Positions 1 to 14,888 of a DNA stretch of 64,000 nt are shown one piece after another. The DNA is from the human T2T-CHM13v2.0 reference genome, Homo sapiens: assembly GCF_009914755.1 (NCBI RefSeq), contig NC_060946.1. One strand, given 5' to 3'. A model generated the notes under the pieces. It saw only the letters and a program-made list of their open reading frames with translations. It had not been told where the DNA came from and ran no database searches. The position numbers were made by a program, and so were the translations under genes. Each line of letters starts with the position of its first letter. Position 1 is the first letter of the stretch.

Positions 1-800
1 GAACCAGATGGAGCTCAGATCAGATAGACCTCTGAGCAAGAAGGAGCTCCAAACAAAATGGAACTTGGAGCAGATGTTGCTGGTGTAAGATGGAGCTCAG
101 AGCAGATGGTACTCAGAGCAAGAGGGAGCTCAGAATGATTGGCACTCTGAACATTGCTCTGAGCAATTGGAGCTCTGAGCAAGATGCAGCTCAGAGCAGA
201 CAGAGCTCTGAGCAAAAAAGGAGCTCTAAGCAAGATGGAGTTTGGAGGAGACGTTGCTTGGTTTTAGTTGGAGCTCAGAACAAAACGGAGCCCACAGTGA
301 TTACAGCTCCAAGCAAGGCAGAGCTCAGAGCACATGTAGCTCAGAGTAAGATGAGCTCTGTCCACATGGTGCTCAGAGCAAAATGGAGCTAGAAGTGATT
401 GGAGCTCCCAGCAAGATGGGGCTTGGAGTGATTGGAACTCCTAGCAAGATGGAGCTCAAAGTGGATGGATCTCTGACTAGATGGAGCTCTGAGTAAGATG
501 AATGTCTATGCAGATGTTGCTCACAGCAAGATAGTGCTTGGAGCGATTGGCACTTCGAGCAAGATGGAGCTTGGAGCAGATGGAGCTCTGAGCAAGATGG
601 AGCTTGGAGTAGATAGAGCTTGGAGCAAGAAGGAGCTCCAAGCAAGATGGAGCTTGCAGCAGGTGCTTCTCAGTGTAAGATGGAGCTCAGAGAAGATGAT
701 GCTCAGAGCAAGGTTGAGCTCAGGGTGATTGGCACTCCAAACATTGCTCTGAGCCCATTGGAGCTCTGAGCAAGAAGGTGGGAAGTGAGCAAGAAGGTGA
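1..800. repeat. Degenerate GAGCTC-rich minisatellite (~33-bp unit made of 16/17-bp subunits), running off the window start
   Basis: Unit such as gagcaagatggagcttg+gagcagatggagctct recurs throughout. The overlapping ORFs here show 11-aa periodicity (QAPSCSELHLL). Confidence 0.85.
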
Positions 801-806
801 AGAAGT

Positions 807-3800
807 GATACATTCCCACAGAACATTACAAGTTTAGCGGAAGCTATTATTGAATGTAAAGAGAAGAATGCCCCAGAATTCTATGTGGATTGTCGGGACA
901 ATACTCATTTCTGTAATCAGGCCTACTTTCTTTTAAAAAGTTTATCATATCAAACCTCACAAGGACAACCAGAACTCTGCGATATCCACTCTACAAACCT
1001 CAGACCCCTACAGTGTAGTAAAGGTGGCAGCCAAGATAGAAAGACAGAAACACACTGTTTGATGACCAGTCTTTGGAAGTTGAGACAGCAAATGTGGATT
1101 TACTCAGATTATTTTCCTGTCAGCACCTCCAGGTGTTATTTTGATGGTACTTTGCATTGGGCTGATGACACAATGGGGAAACATAAACTGCTGACGCTGG
1201 ACTTCAGCAGTACAGTAACAGCCATGTGCAAGGCCATTGAAAAAGTAAAGACTGGTGGTTACATTGCCACGTGTTTTTCTGCATGGCATCATCATCTTAA
1301 CTATGGACTTTATGTGCTTTCACAGCAAGATGTTTCTAGTATTTAGAAATGGACCTTATGCATTGTATACTTCCTAAGAGCTTGGAAAGCTCTCACCCAG
1401 GTACTACCAAATGCCAGACATCTCTCTATGTGGGCCATTTTCTGCCACAGCCAGAATTCATTCTGGGTGACATGCTGTTCTTGGCTGCTAAGGAAGTGAT
1501 GTGGGGGAGCCAGGTGTCTCTCGCTGTCTGTGAGTCTATGGGAAAAAGGAGAATACTGAAAGGCACTAAGTTTACTGCCACGTTTAGAGGAGCTTTGTCA
1601 AGGCAACACAAGAGTGTTGTAGTCCTTTGTGGCCAACACCAACCTGAGTTTTTACAGCAGTTGTTGCATAATGATCACAGTCACATTCAAGTTCACTTTC
1701 TAAATCTTAGGTTCTACAAAAACTCTGTCTGATAATGTCCTATAGACCTTTCGGTAGCTAAAATCAATGAGTTTGAAAAATAATTTGAATTTGGCTTGCT
1801 CACCTTTTCAGCAGAATGCACTTGTGAGTCCTGCTCTGTCATTGTATTTTACATGTGTGGCTGTCCCTCTTGCTGTGTTGGAAGTCAGTGTTCCAGAATG
1901 TTAACTTCTACAAATACCTATGTATAGAGCAAAGAGAAAACTCTTCAAGTCAAAAGAGTGTATATTATTTCAGGGCAGCTCTCTAGCCTTGGATTTGAAA
2001 CTATAGTATTTGTTACACAGAGAGAAGATGGTTCTTTTTTGTATTTTATTTTTAATGTTTGTGGGTACATAGTATTTATGGAGTACATGAGATGTTTTGA
2101 CAAGGGCATTCAATGTGAAAAAAAACACATCCTAGAGAATGGGGTATCCCCTCAGTGATTCTTTGAGTTACAAATATTCCAATTACACTCTTTATGTTAT
2201 TTTCAAATATATGATTAAGTTATTATTGACTATAGTCACCTGGGTTTGCTATCAAATAGTAGGTTTTTATTATATATTATTTCTTTTTTGTTTTTTGTAT
2301 CCATTAACAATTCCTGCCTCCCCCTCACTCTCTCACTACCCTTCCCAAGCTCTGGTAATCATCCTTCTACTCTCTATGTCCATGAGTTTAATTGTTTTTA
2401 TTTTTAGATCCCGGAAATAAGCGAGAACACATGATGTTTGTATTTCTGTGCCTGGCTTATTTTTCTTGACATAATCATCTTCAGTTCCATCCATGTTGTT
2501 GCAAATGACAGGCTTTCATTTTTATGGCTGAATAGTACTCCACTGTGTATATGTACCACATTTTCTTCATTCATCTGTTGATGGACACTTAGGTTGCTTT
2601 CAAATATTAGTAATTGTAAACAGTGCTGCAGCAAACCTAGGAGTGCAGAAATCTCTTTGATATACTCATTTCCTTTCTTTTGGGTATATACCAAGCAGTG
2701 GGATTTTTGGATCATATGGTAGTATATCTGTTTTTTTTCAGGAAACTCCAAACTGTTCAAGGAGATAGTTCTGTTGTGATTACTTCATTGAGAAATTTAA
2801 CTTATGAGCAGTTGAAAGGAATGCAAGTTGCTGCAAAATCAGAATGAAGAGTGCAAAACGACCAAGCTACAATGTTTTGTCATTATTCACTCTGATGTGA
2901 AAAAGGCAGTGAATTTAATAGAAAATAACTTCGTAGAGCAAAATCTCAGGTGTGTTTTTTTAGTGCCGCAGTCTTGGATGATGGGTTCCTAGAAGCTCTC
3001 AACATCTCTTCTTAATTGGAGAAAGTGTTAAGCCCCAAAGTAGCTGGAGCAGTACATCTTCAATTTTTGACAAGAAAGCAGGAACTTGATTACTTTGAGT
3101 GCTATTCATTAGTTTCTGCTTTCATTGAGAATGCAACAAAAGCCAACTAGGCTGCTGCTAACTCCTTGCTGGACTTCTTCTGCCACTGTCACAGGAACTG
3201 TAATCTCACTGGACAATTAACTAGGGAGTCTTTCATCTTGAGTGACTGCTGCACAAATGATCTTCAAAGCATTTTAGCCACCAGAGGAATTCTCTTGAAA
3301 TACCCAAAATCCATCAGTATCTTGAATCATGCTGGATTTTGAAGAATTCTTAACAAGCCATGTAAAGGGGGCTCTCTGGCCTTGAAATAGTGATGTTTTT
3401 TATACAGAAAGGAGAATGCAGAATGGTCAGACTACCATGCACTGTTAAATTTGATTTCAAGAAATTACAGGAAAACTTTCCAAAGTTCCATCTCACAGAA
3501 ATTATTTTTACAAAGAATTCCAAGATAAGTTTAGTTTTATGGAAGACTTTTATGTGGTTTTTACTCACTCTTCATCTCAGACATCAACAGATGATTACAT
3601 CACTTATTTAGCTAGTAAATTTATTAATATAAAAACTCAGAGACATTCCAATATCCACATTGCTTACACCATTAGTCATAGATTCAGTGTCAGCTATGAC
3701 AATTGAAAATAAGCTGTTTTGTGATTTAAAGGTTTAAATTTCTCTAACCAAACTGCTTGATCCAGATGCAGGACTGCAAATGTTAATATTTGTTCTGGAA

Positions 3801-3821
3801 GAACAATCAAATAAGACTTAA
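807..3821 (+). pseudogene. Decayed animal type I polyketide synthase, C-terminal half (ER-like, KR, ACP), interrupted by an L1
   Basis: ER-like segment LLTLDFSSTVTAMCKAIEKVKTG (from 1188). Rossmann-like VYIISGQLSSLGFET (1958-2002). KR core SAAVLDDG..LEKVLSPKVAGAVHL..ELDYFECYS..AN*AAANSLLDFF (2962-3180). ACP LVIDSVSAMTIENKL..KLLDP (3672-3764), then stop at 3819-3821. Many frameshifts and stops. Confidence 0.85.
2036..2760 (-). mobile_element. L1 3' end (L1MA/L1PB-type) inserted in the PKS KR domain
   Basis: T-rich tail at the left end, L1 3'UTR/ORF2-end sequence, diverged TSD gaagatggttct (2024-2035) / ggagatagttct (2761-2772). Confidence 0.85.
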
Positions 3822-5734
3822 GAGGAAAAGGAATGGCCACAATCCACCTGAAATTTTTTTTTAAAAAGTGTGCAGCCTACTAAATCAGAATGAAAATAGA
3901 AGTACAAGATTATAAACAAAATGCAATCAAACTTTTCTTAAGCTTACCTAAAGTTATTTCATCTGAAAATTTCAAGCAACTTTGTTCAACATTAAATTGA
4001 CAATCTAAACTAACAAGTCTTTTGAATTTATGCATGGTAGTAAACATTCTCTCTATTAACTTTATTACCTAAGGCTAAACCTAAAATTTTTAAGCAAAAT
4101 TAGAAAAATAGTCTTCACTCATCAAAAAATAAAGTTTGTTACATTTAGTATTTTCCCAATAAAATTGGTCGTTCTTGGTTTTTTATTTGGAGAGTCTGTG
4201 CAAAATGTCACTAAAAATAAATTAGCACTAGAAATTATTTCTAAATACCAAAAAAAAAAAAAATGAAGAATGGTTTCACAAAGAAAAAAAGAAAACTTTC
4301 TTAATTAGCAGAGTATCATCTCTGTGATTTTTGTGATTATTTGATCAGTGTGCTGAGATGGATACAATGGCAAGTAATGACAAAATTAAAATAAGCATGC
4401 AGATTTTTTTAAATTAAGTGCCAAAAAATAATGGGTCGTGCAAAGCCCTTAAAAACACTGTGGCCTAATTCTAAAGTTTTTTGCTACTATGCTACATCAC
4501 ACCCAACATCAGTTAAGTGCTCATTCTGTGACAGGTAGTACATTACACTTTAGCAAACTACACAAGACCCCTATGTGATAATATGCTTCGGGGTTGTAAG
4601 GTTGGGTGCGTTTAGTAGTCTTGAATTTTCTGGGAGTATACAAACCCAATATTAGTCTAGATGCCCAAAGATCTATTTAGACGTCAAAGTAGAATGGAGA
4701 GAAATCTTGACCACAGGAAGCTGTGTTGTGGCATTTATTTTGAAATTATTTTTTCTTGATTTTTTTGCCTTTTAATTCTTTTGTGAGTTTTATAATGCAC
4801 AGAATATTTTTAAATTATTATATATATAAACTGATTAGTCTTCAATTTAAACTTACACCTCTGGGGTCTTACTTGGGTTTCTCCTAACAATATTATACAC
4901 ATATTTGCAATAATTTCTCTCATACTGCTTTTAACTCATTTAATTTTTCAACTTTTTAAGAATAACAAAAGTGATATTAACTGTAAAAATGCTGAAGTGA
5001 CATATGAATTTATGAAGTGCATATGTATTTTTTATTTTACCAATGAGATGGGAGAAATGCTGTCTTATATTTTAACATACATTTTGGCCATTACACAGAT
5101 GAAGCAACTTTTCATTTGTTAATACATAGCATACGTTTTCTTCTGTGTAATTCCTCTTTATATTCTTTGCTCATTTTCCCACTGGGATTTGCAAGTTCTT
5201 TATTATTTGATAATCTCTATACATTCTGAATATCCATTTTTTTGTTATGTATACCATGTAAATATTTTCTTCTAATTTGTTATTTGTCTCAATGGTATTT
5301 ATCAAGTGTTTGCTAAAAATGAGTTTGTTTAGTTAGTAAAATTTGTCTGTCTTTTACTTCATGATATTTATATTTCATGTCATGAGGAAAAGGCATGAAT
5401 ATTTTAAAAACTTCCTTGTAGTATTAATTTTATTTTTTATTTCATTCTTTAAGTTATTTGAAATTTATTGTTTATTTCTTCAAATTCCAAATAATAACCA
5501 ACTTTCTCAAAGTAATACTTCTTTCTACTGATTTCAAATGTTACATTTGTCTTCTCTGAAGTTCTTGTCTATTTGATACCTGATGGTCACACTACTGCTG
5601 TGGATGTGCTTCGTACCACCACAGTACTGCAGGGTTATAAGATTATCTGATAGCCAATAGAAGCAGACCTCTACTCACTGTCATTCTTTTTTCTTTTGGA
5701 GAAGAAAGTTAGCTATTTTTATCTGGGTTCTCAA

Positions 5735-6033
5735 TTTTTTTTTTTTTCTTTTTGAGATGAAGCCTTGCTCTCTCACCCAGGCTAGAGTGCAGTGGCATAA
5801 TCTTGGCTCTCTGCAACCTCTGCCTCCCTGGTTCAATTGATTCTCCTGCCTCAGGCTCCTGAGTAGCCAGGATTACAGGCATCCATCACCACGCCTGGCT
5901 AATTTTTTTATTTTTAGTAGAGACAGGGTTTCACCATCTTGGCCAGGCTGGTCTTGAACTCCTGACCTCGTGTTGCACCCACCTCTGATTCCCAAAGTCC
6001 TGGGATTACAGGCGTGAGCCACCGCACCTAACC
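5735..6033 (-). mobile_element. Alu (S-type)
   Basis: Poly-T followed by antisense Alu consensus; gggttctca on both flanks. Confidence 0.9.
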
Positions 6034-6289
6034 GGGTTCTCAGTTTTGTATAAACTTTAAAGTAGATTATCAAATCACATACCAATTGCCATCTGATTGA
6101 AATTTCAATGTTTTTATATGTAAGTTTCGAGACTAAAGCCATCTCTATTCTTTCAGCACTTCAGATGTTTATCTTTCAATTCAAAATGTATTCTAAGTTT
6201 TATTTTGATGTTTCTTTGTGAATTATTCAGAAGTTTGTTGTTTGATTTCCAAACACTTGTGTGCTTACTAAGTATCTTATTGATATTCA

Positions 6290-8035
6290 TTTTTTTCTTT
6301 TTTAATTTATATTTTAGGTTCAGGGGGTACACGTGCAGCTTTGTTATGTAGGTAAATTGCATGTTGCTGGGGTTTCATGGAAAAAATAATTTAGTCACTG
6401 AGGTAGTGAGCATAGTACCTGATAGGCATAAGTAATTTTTCAATCTTCACCGATTTTTCACCCTCTACCCTCACACAGGCCCTAGTATCTATTGGTCCTT
6501 GTTTTGGACCATGTGGAGCCAATGTTTATCTCTCATTTATAGGTGATAATATATGCTGTCTTTTTCTGTTTTTGTGTTAATCTGCTTAATTTGTGGGATG
6601 TAGCCTCCAGCTACATCCATTTTGTTGCAAAAGCCATAAATTTATTGTTTTTTTGTTGCTACACAGTATTTCATGGTGTATATGTACCAATTTTTTTTCT
6701 TTTTGAGATAGAGTCTCACTCTGACACCCAGGCTGGAGTGCTGTGGCATAATCTGGGCCCACTGCAACCTTCGCCTCCCAGGTTCAAGCTATTCTGCCAC
6801 CTCAGTTTCCCAAGTAGCTGGGTCTACAGGCATGTACCACCATGCCTGGCTAATTTTTGTATTTTTAGTAGAGATGGTGTTTCACCATGTTGGCCAGGCT
6901 TTTCTCAAACTCCTAATATCAAATGATCCGCCCATCTCGGCCACCCAAAGTGCTGGGAATACAGGCGTGAGCAACCACGTCAGGCGGTACACATTTTTTT
7001 TTTCTAGTCCACCACTGATGAGCCTCTAGGTTGGTTCCATGTTTTTGCTACTGTTAATAGTGCTGTGATAATCATACAAGTACATGTGTCATTTGGTAGA
7101 ACAATTCATATTTCTTTGTGTATGTGCCCAGTAATGAGACTGCTGCGCCAAATGGTAGTTCTGTTTAAGTTTTTTGAGAAATCTTCACACTGCTTTATAC
7201 AATGGCTGAATTAATTTACATTCCCAACGGAAGTGTATAAGATTTCCCTTTTCTCTGCAACCTCAGCAACATCTGTTATTTTCTGACTTTTTATTAGTAG
7301 CCATTGTGATTGGTATGAAATGGTATCTCATTGTGGTTTTCATTTGCATTTCTCTAATGATTAGTGATTTTTAAAATGGAGCATTTTTTCATATTCTTGT
7401 TAACAGCATGTATGTCTTTTTTGAGAAGTGTCTGTTCTTGTCCTTTGCCCATTTTTCAATGAGGTTGTTTAGTTTTTGCTTAAAAATTTTTTTAAGTTCC
7501 TTACAGGTTCTGGATATGAGACCTTTGTCAGATCCATAGTTTGCAAATATTTTCTCCCATTTTGTCGGTTGTCTGTTTACTCTGCTGATAGTTTCTTTTG
7601 TTGAACATAATCTCCTTAGTATACTTAGGTCCCACTTGTCTATTTATGTTTTTGTTGCAATAGCTATTGGAAACTTGATCATAAAATCCTTGTTATTGCC
7701 TATGTCCAGAATATTATGTTCTGGGCTTTTGTCTAGGGTTTTTATACTTTTAGGTTTTACATTTAGGTCTTTAATCCATCTTAAGTTGATTTTTTTAATA
7801 TGTTGGAAGGAAGTTGTCCATTTTAAATCTTCTGAATATGGCTAAACAGTTATCCTAGTACCATTCATTGAATAGGGAGTCTGTTCCCATTGCTTCTAAT
7901 TATAGACTTTGTCAAAGATCAGATGGTTGTAGGAGTGCAGCCTACAACCTTCTCTAATCTGTTCCATTGGCTTTTGTGTCATGGTTTTTGTACCAGACCT
8001 ATGATGTTTTGGTTACTATATCCTTGGAGTATAGT
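6290..8035 (-). mobile_element. L1 3' portion, antisense, with nested Alu (~6690-6986)
   Basis: Antisense L1 3'UTR/ORF2 motifs with an Alu consensus inside. Confidence 0.8.
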
Positions 8036-8056
8036 TTGTGAACCCTCAAAATCTGA

Positions 8057-9330
<1,274 letters not shown>

Positions 9331-9364
9331 TGGCTGATCAGGAAAAAAAAATTTAGGAAGTAGA

Positions 9365-11530
<2,166 letters not shown>

Positions 11531-11743
11531 AAGTTTGTCTTCCATCCAGAAAGAACCACTATTGCCATTTTTTGGTATTCCGTTCCAAAATATTCCATGA
11601 ATATACAATTGTTCAATCAAATTTAATGTTAGACTTTCTACTTGAACATTCAAAGCACTTAAGAAATTATAGAAAAGTGTCTGTGTGACTCCCTGTCTGC
11701 AGAGCACAGGCTGCATCTCCACTAATACACATGCCACCGGTAC

Positions 11744-11917
11744 TTTATACAGAGTCCTTGTTTGCCTTTAGTCTGATGCCGTGGGTGAGCCTGAGTTGTC
11801 CTGTGGTCCGCGTTCCTGACCAGGTGTCTTTCTCACCCACTGGTTTCAAAAAAGATGTTACTGGGTTATAGAAGGCTGGGATGGAAACAGGATACCAAGT
11901 TCGCATGAAGACAGTAT
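11744..11917 (-). pseudogene. BMS1P17/BMS1P18/BMS1P22: BMS1 duplicated (unprocessed) exon
   Basis: Minus strand reads TVFMRTWYPVSIPAFYNPVTSFLKPVGEKDTWSGTRTTGQLRLTHGIRLKANKDS, the BMS1 C-terminal domain. Bounded by a ttttcAG acceptor and GT donor. Paralogue not determinable. Confidence 0.9.
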
Positions 11918-12261
11918 CTGAAAAGAGAGGTAATTTACTTTAACATTTTCAAAAGAAGATGCATATCCATATTGTGAAGAAACGAAGAACAAAACCTTCA
12001 CTCCAAAATTCTCTACCTGGTTGCAAAGTATTTGAAGGGAAAGCTCACTAAGGAAGCTACTCCCATAGATCCCAGAACTGTTACTGGGTGTGGCCAGGGG
12101 ACTGCAGACACAAAGCGAATGGGCACACCGCATAAGACTGGGAGATCTAAGGCTGGAGCTGCTCAACTCTCTAGAGACCTGACTCCAGCCTCTCGTCACA
12201 CTGGCTAGAAGTCAAGCATGAATGGTAACATGCTGCCCTGAACACTACTCAAGACACTCAC

Positions 12262-12409
12262 TGCTCATCAGCAGCTTATGCTCAAAGCTGGCCTGGAAGG
12301 CTCCTTCTGGAGCCCGGAGTGCTTTCTTGATCTGCTGCCTTATCTCGCTGACAGTTTGAATCACAGCACCTTCAAATATGGCCACTTCCAAGGCAGAATT
12401 AAACATTCC
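12262..12409 (-). pseudogene. BMS1P17/BMS1P18/BMS1P22: BMS1 duplicated (unprocessed) exon, upstream of the previous one
   Basis: Reads [51 protein letters not shown] acceptor and GTGAGT donor; 344-bp intron to the next exon retained. Confidence 0.92.
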
Positions 12410-12994
12410 CTATGGGTATAGCAAGATAAAAATACACACAAAAAATCATATACTTTATGCTTTACTTCTTACCTCAAACATACATCCTTGGTTAAAGAAC
12501 AAAAACAACTCACTGAAAGGTGATAAAATAATCAAAATGTATTTGCCCCTGGAAGTGGAATTACTACCACAAAAAGAATACAACTCTTTCATTTTTCCCA
12601 AAATAATCATGTGGGTTCGTGGGCATGCTCATCACTGCTGTCTGTGTGGAAAAGAAGATTAAAGAGGGATTTACTGGACTGCACTGGCCTAGGCAGCCTT
12701 TGCTGGCATCTCTCAGCCTAGACTGCAGCCCAGATCCTTTTACTCAGGTGCATGCATTTAGAACATGAAAACAGTAAGATAAACACTGGTGGTATTATTA
12801 CTTTATATTGCAAGAACACTTAATGATCTTACTATGTGTTTTTAATAGAAACATCCCCACTAATGAAATTGTCAATAAATACTGCTCAAACCACCTTCCC
12901 CAAATACTGAAAAACAGTACATCCATTTCTCTACCCTTGCCAAGTTGTCTGCAAATGCTCTGTTTTTCTACTGAATGGTTAGACAAACTTGTGA

Positions 12995-13360
<366 letters not shown>

Positions 13361-13374
13361 ACTTAGCTGTATCT

Positions 13375-14140
13375 AAAAATACATCACCAAACCCAAGGTC
13401 ACCTGGATATTCTTGATCTAGAAGTTTTCTGATTCTGCATTCTACATTTAGATCTTTGATCCATTTTGAGTTTTAATTTTTGAGAAGGGTGTAAAGTCTG
13501 AACTTAGATTCTTTTTTTTTGTACATGGACATCAATTTTTAAGCACCATTTGTTGAAGAGACTGCATTCTTTCATTTAATTGCCTTTGCTTCTTTGTCAA
13601 AGCTCAGCTAACTATATTTGCATAGGTCAATTTCCGGGCTCTCTCTTCTGAACCATTGATCAATCTGCATATTCTTTCACTAATGCCATGCTAACTCAAT
13701 TATTTAGCTGGAGAGTAAGTCTTAAAGTTGGGTAGTGTCAGTCCTCTGAGTTGTTATTCTTCAGCATTTTGACTATGAGTCTTTTGCGTCTTCATATAAG
13801 CTTTAGAATAAATGTGTTTATATCTACAAAATAACCTGCTAGAATTTTAATTGGAGTAGAGTTGAATCTATAGATCAAGAAGGGGAGTATTAACATCTTA
13901 ACAATACTGAGTCTTGCTATCCTTGCACATGAAATATATATCAATTTATTTAGGTTTCCTTTGATTTCTTTCATTAAAGTTTTGAAGTTTTCCTCATATA
14001 GATCCTGTACATATTTTGTTTACTGTATGCCTACATATTTCATTTTTGGGGTACTCATGTAAATAGCATTGTATTTGAAATTTCAAATTCCAGTTTTTTT
14101 CATTGCTAGTATATAGGAAAGCAATTAACTTTTAATACTA
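13375..14140 (-). mobile_element. L1M ORF2 fragment
   Basis: ORF 13792..13974 resembles L1 ORF2 (LSIVKMLILPFLIYRFNSTPIKI). Confidence 0.75.
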
Positions 14141-14142
14141 AC

Positions 14143-14645
14143 CTTATGGTTTGGATTTGTGTCCCCACTCAAATCTCATGTCTAATTGTAATCCCCAGTG
14201 TAGGAGGAGGGGTCTGGGCAGAGGTAATTGGATCATGGGGGAGGATTTCTCCCTTGCCATTCTTGTATAGTGAGTTCTCACCAGATCTGATTGTTTAAAA
14301 GTACGTAGCATCTTCCCTTTTGCTCTCTCTTCCTCCTGCTTCAGCCATGTAAGGCGTGTCACCTCCCTCTTCACCTCCTGCCATGATTGTAAATTTCTTG
14401 AGGCTTCCTCAGCCATGCTTCTTGTTCAGCCTGCAGAATCGTGATCCAATTAAACCACTTTTCTTTATAAAATTACCCAGTCTCAGGTAGTTCTTCATAG
14501 CAGTGCAAGAACAGACTAATACAGAAAATTGGTACTGGGAAGTAGAGCATTGCTATGAAGATACCTGAAAATGTGGAAGCAGCTTTGGAAGTGGGTAATG
14601 GGCAGAGGTTGGAACAGTTTGGAGAGCTTAGAAGAAGACAGGAAG
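14143..14645 (+). mobile_element. MaLR (MST-type) LTR plus start of the internal region
   Basis: tatggtttggatttgtgtccccac...aattacccagtctcaggtag...gactaataca, followed by MaLR-internal aaaattggtac...gatacctgaaaatgtggaagc. Confidence 0.85.
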
Positions 14646-14888
14646 GCCTGGGCCCAGTGGCTCATGCCTGTAATCCCAGCACTTTGGGAGTCTGAGGTGG
14701 GCAGATCTCAAGGTCAGGAGATTGAGACCATGCTGGCTAACACGGTGAAACCCCATCTCTACTAAAAATACAAAAAAAAAAAAAAGAAAGAAAAGAAAAG
14801 AATTAGCCAGGTGTGGTGGCATGCACCTATAGTCCTAGCTACTAGGGAGGCTTGGGCAGGAGAATTGCTTGAACTCAGGAGGCAGAGT
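14646..14888 (+). mobile_element. Alu truncated in the right arm
   Basis: Alu consensus ends at ggaggcagag and fuses directly to L1 sequence. Confidence 0.85.

Noticed and set aside
15-826. Overlapping ORFs or a CRISPR-like array in the GAGCTC repeat
   Set aside because: ORFs come from the 33-bp periodicity; there are no unique spacers and the context is eukaryotic.
807-3821. FASN processed pseudogene
   Set aside because: AT-rich, KR has (Y)AAANS rather than FASN YGFANS, the ACP differs from FASN LGLDSLMSVEV, and no thioesterase follows.
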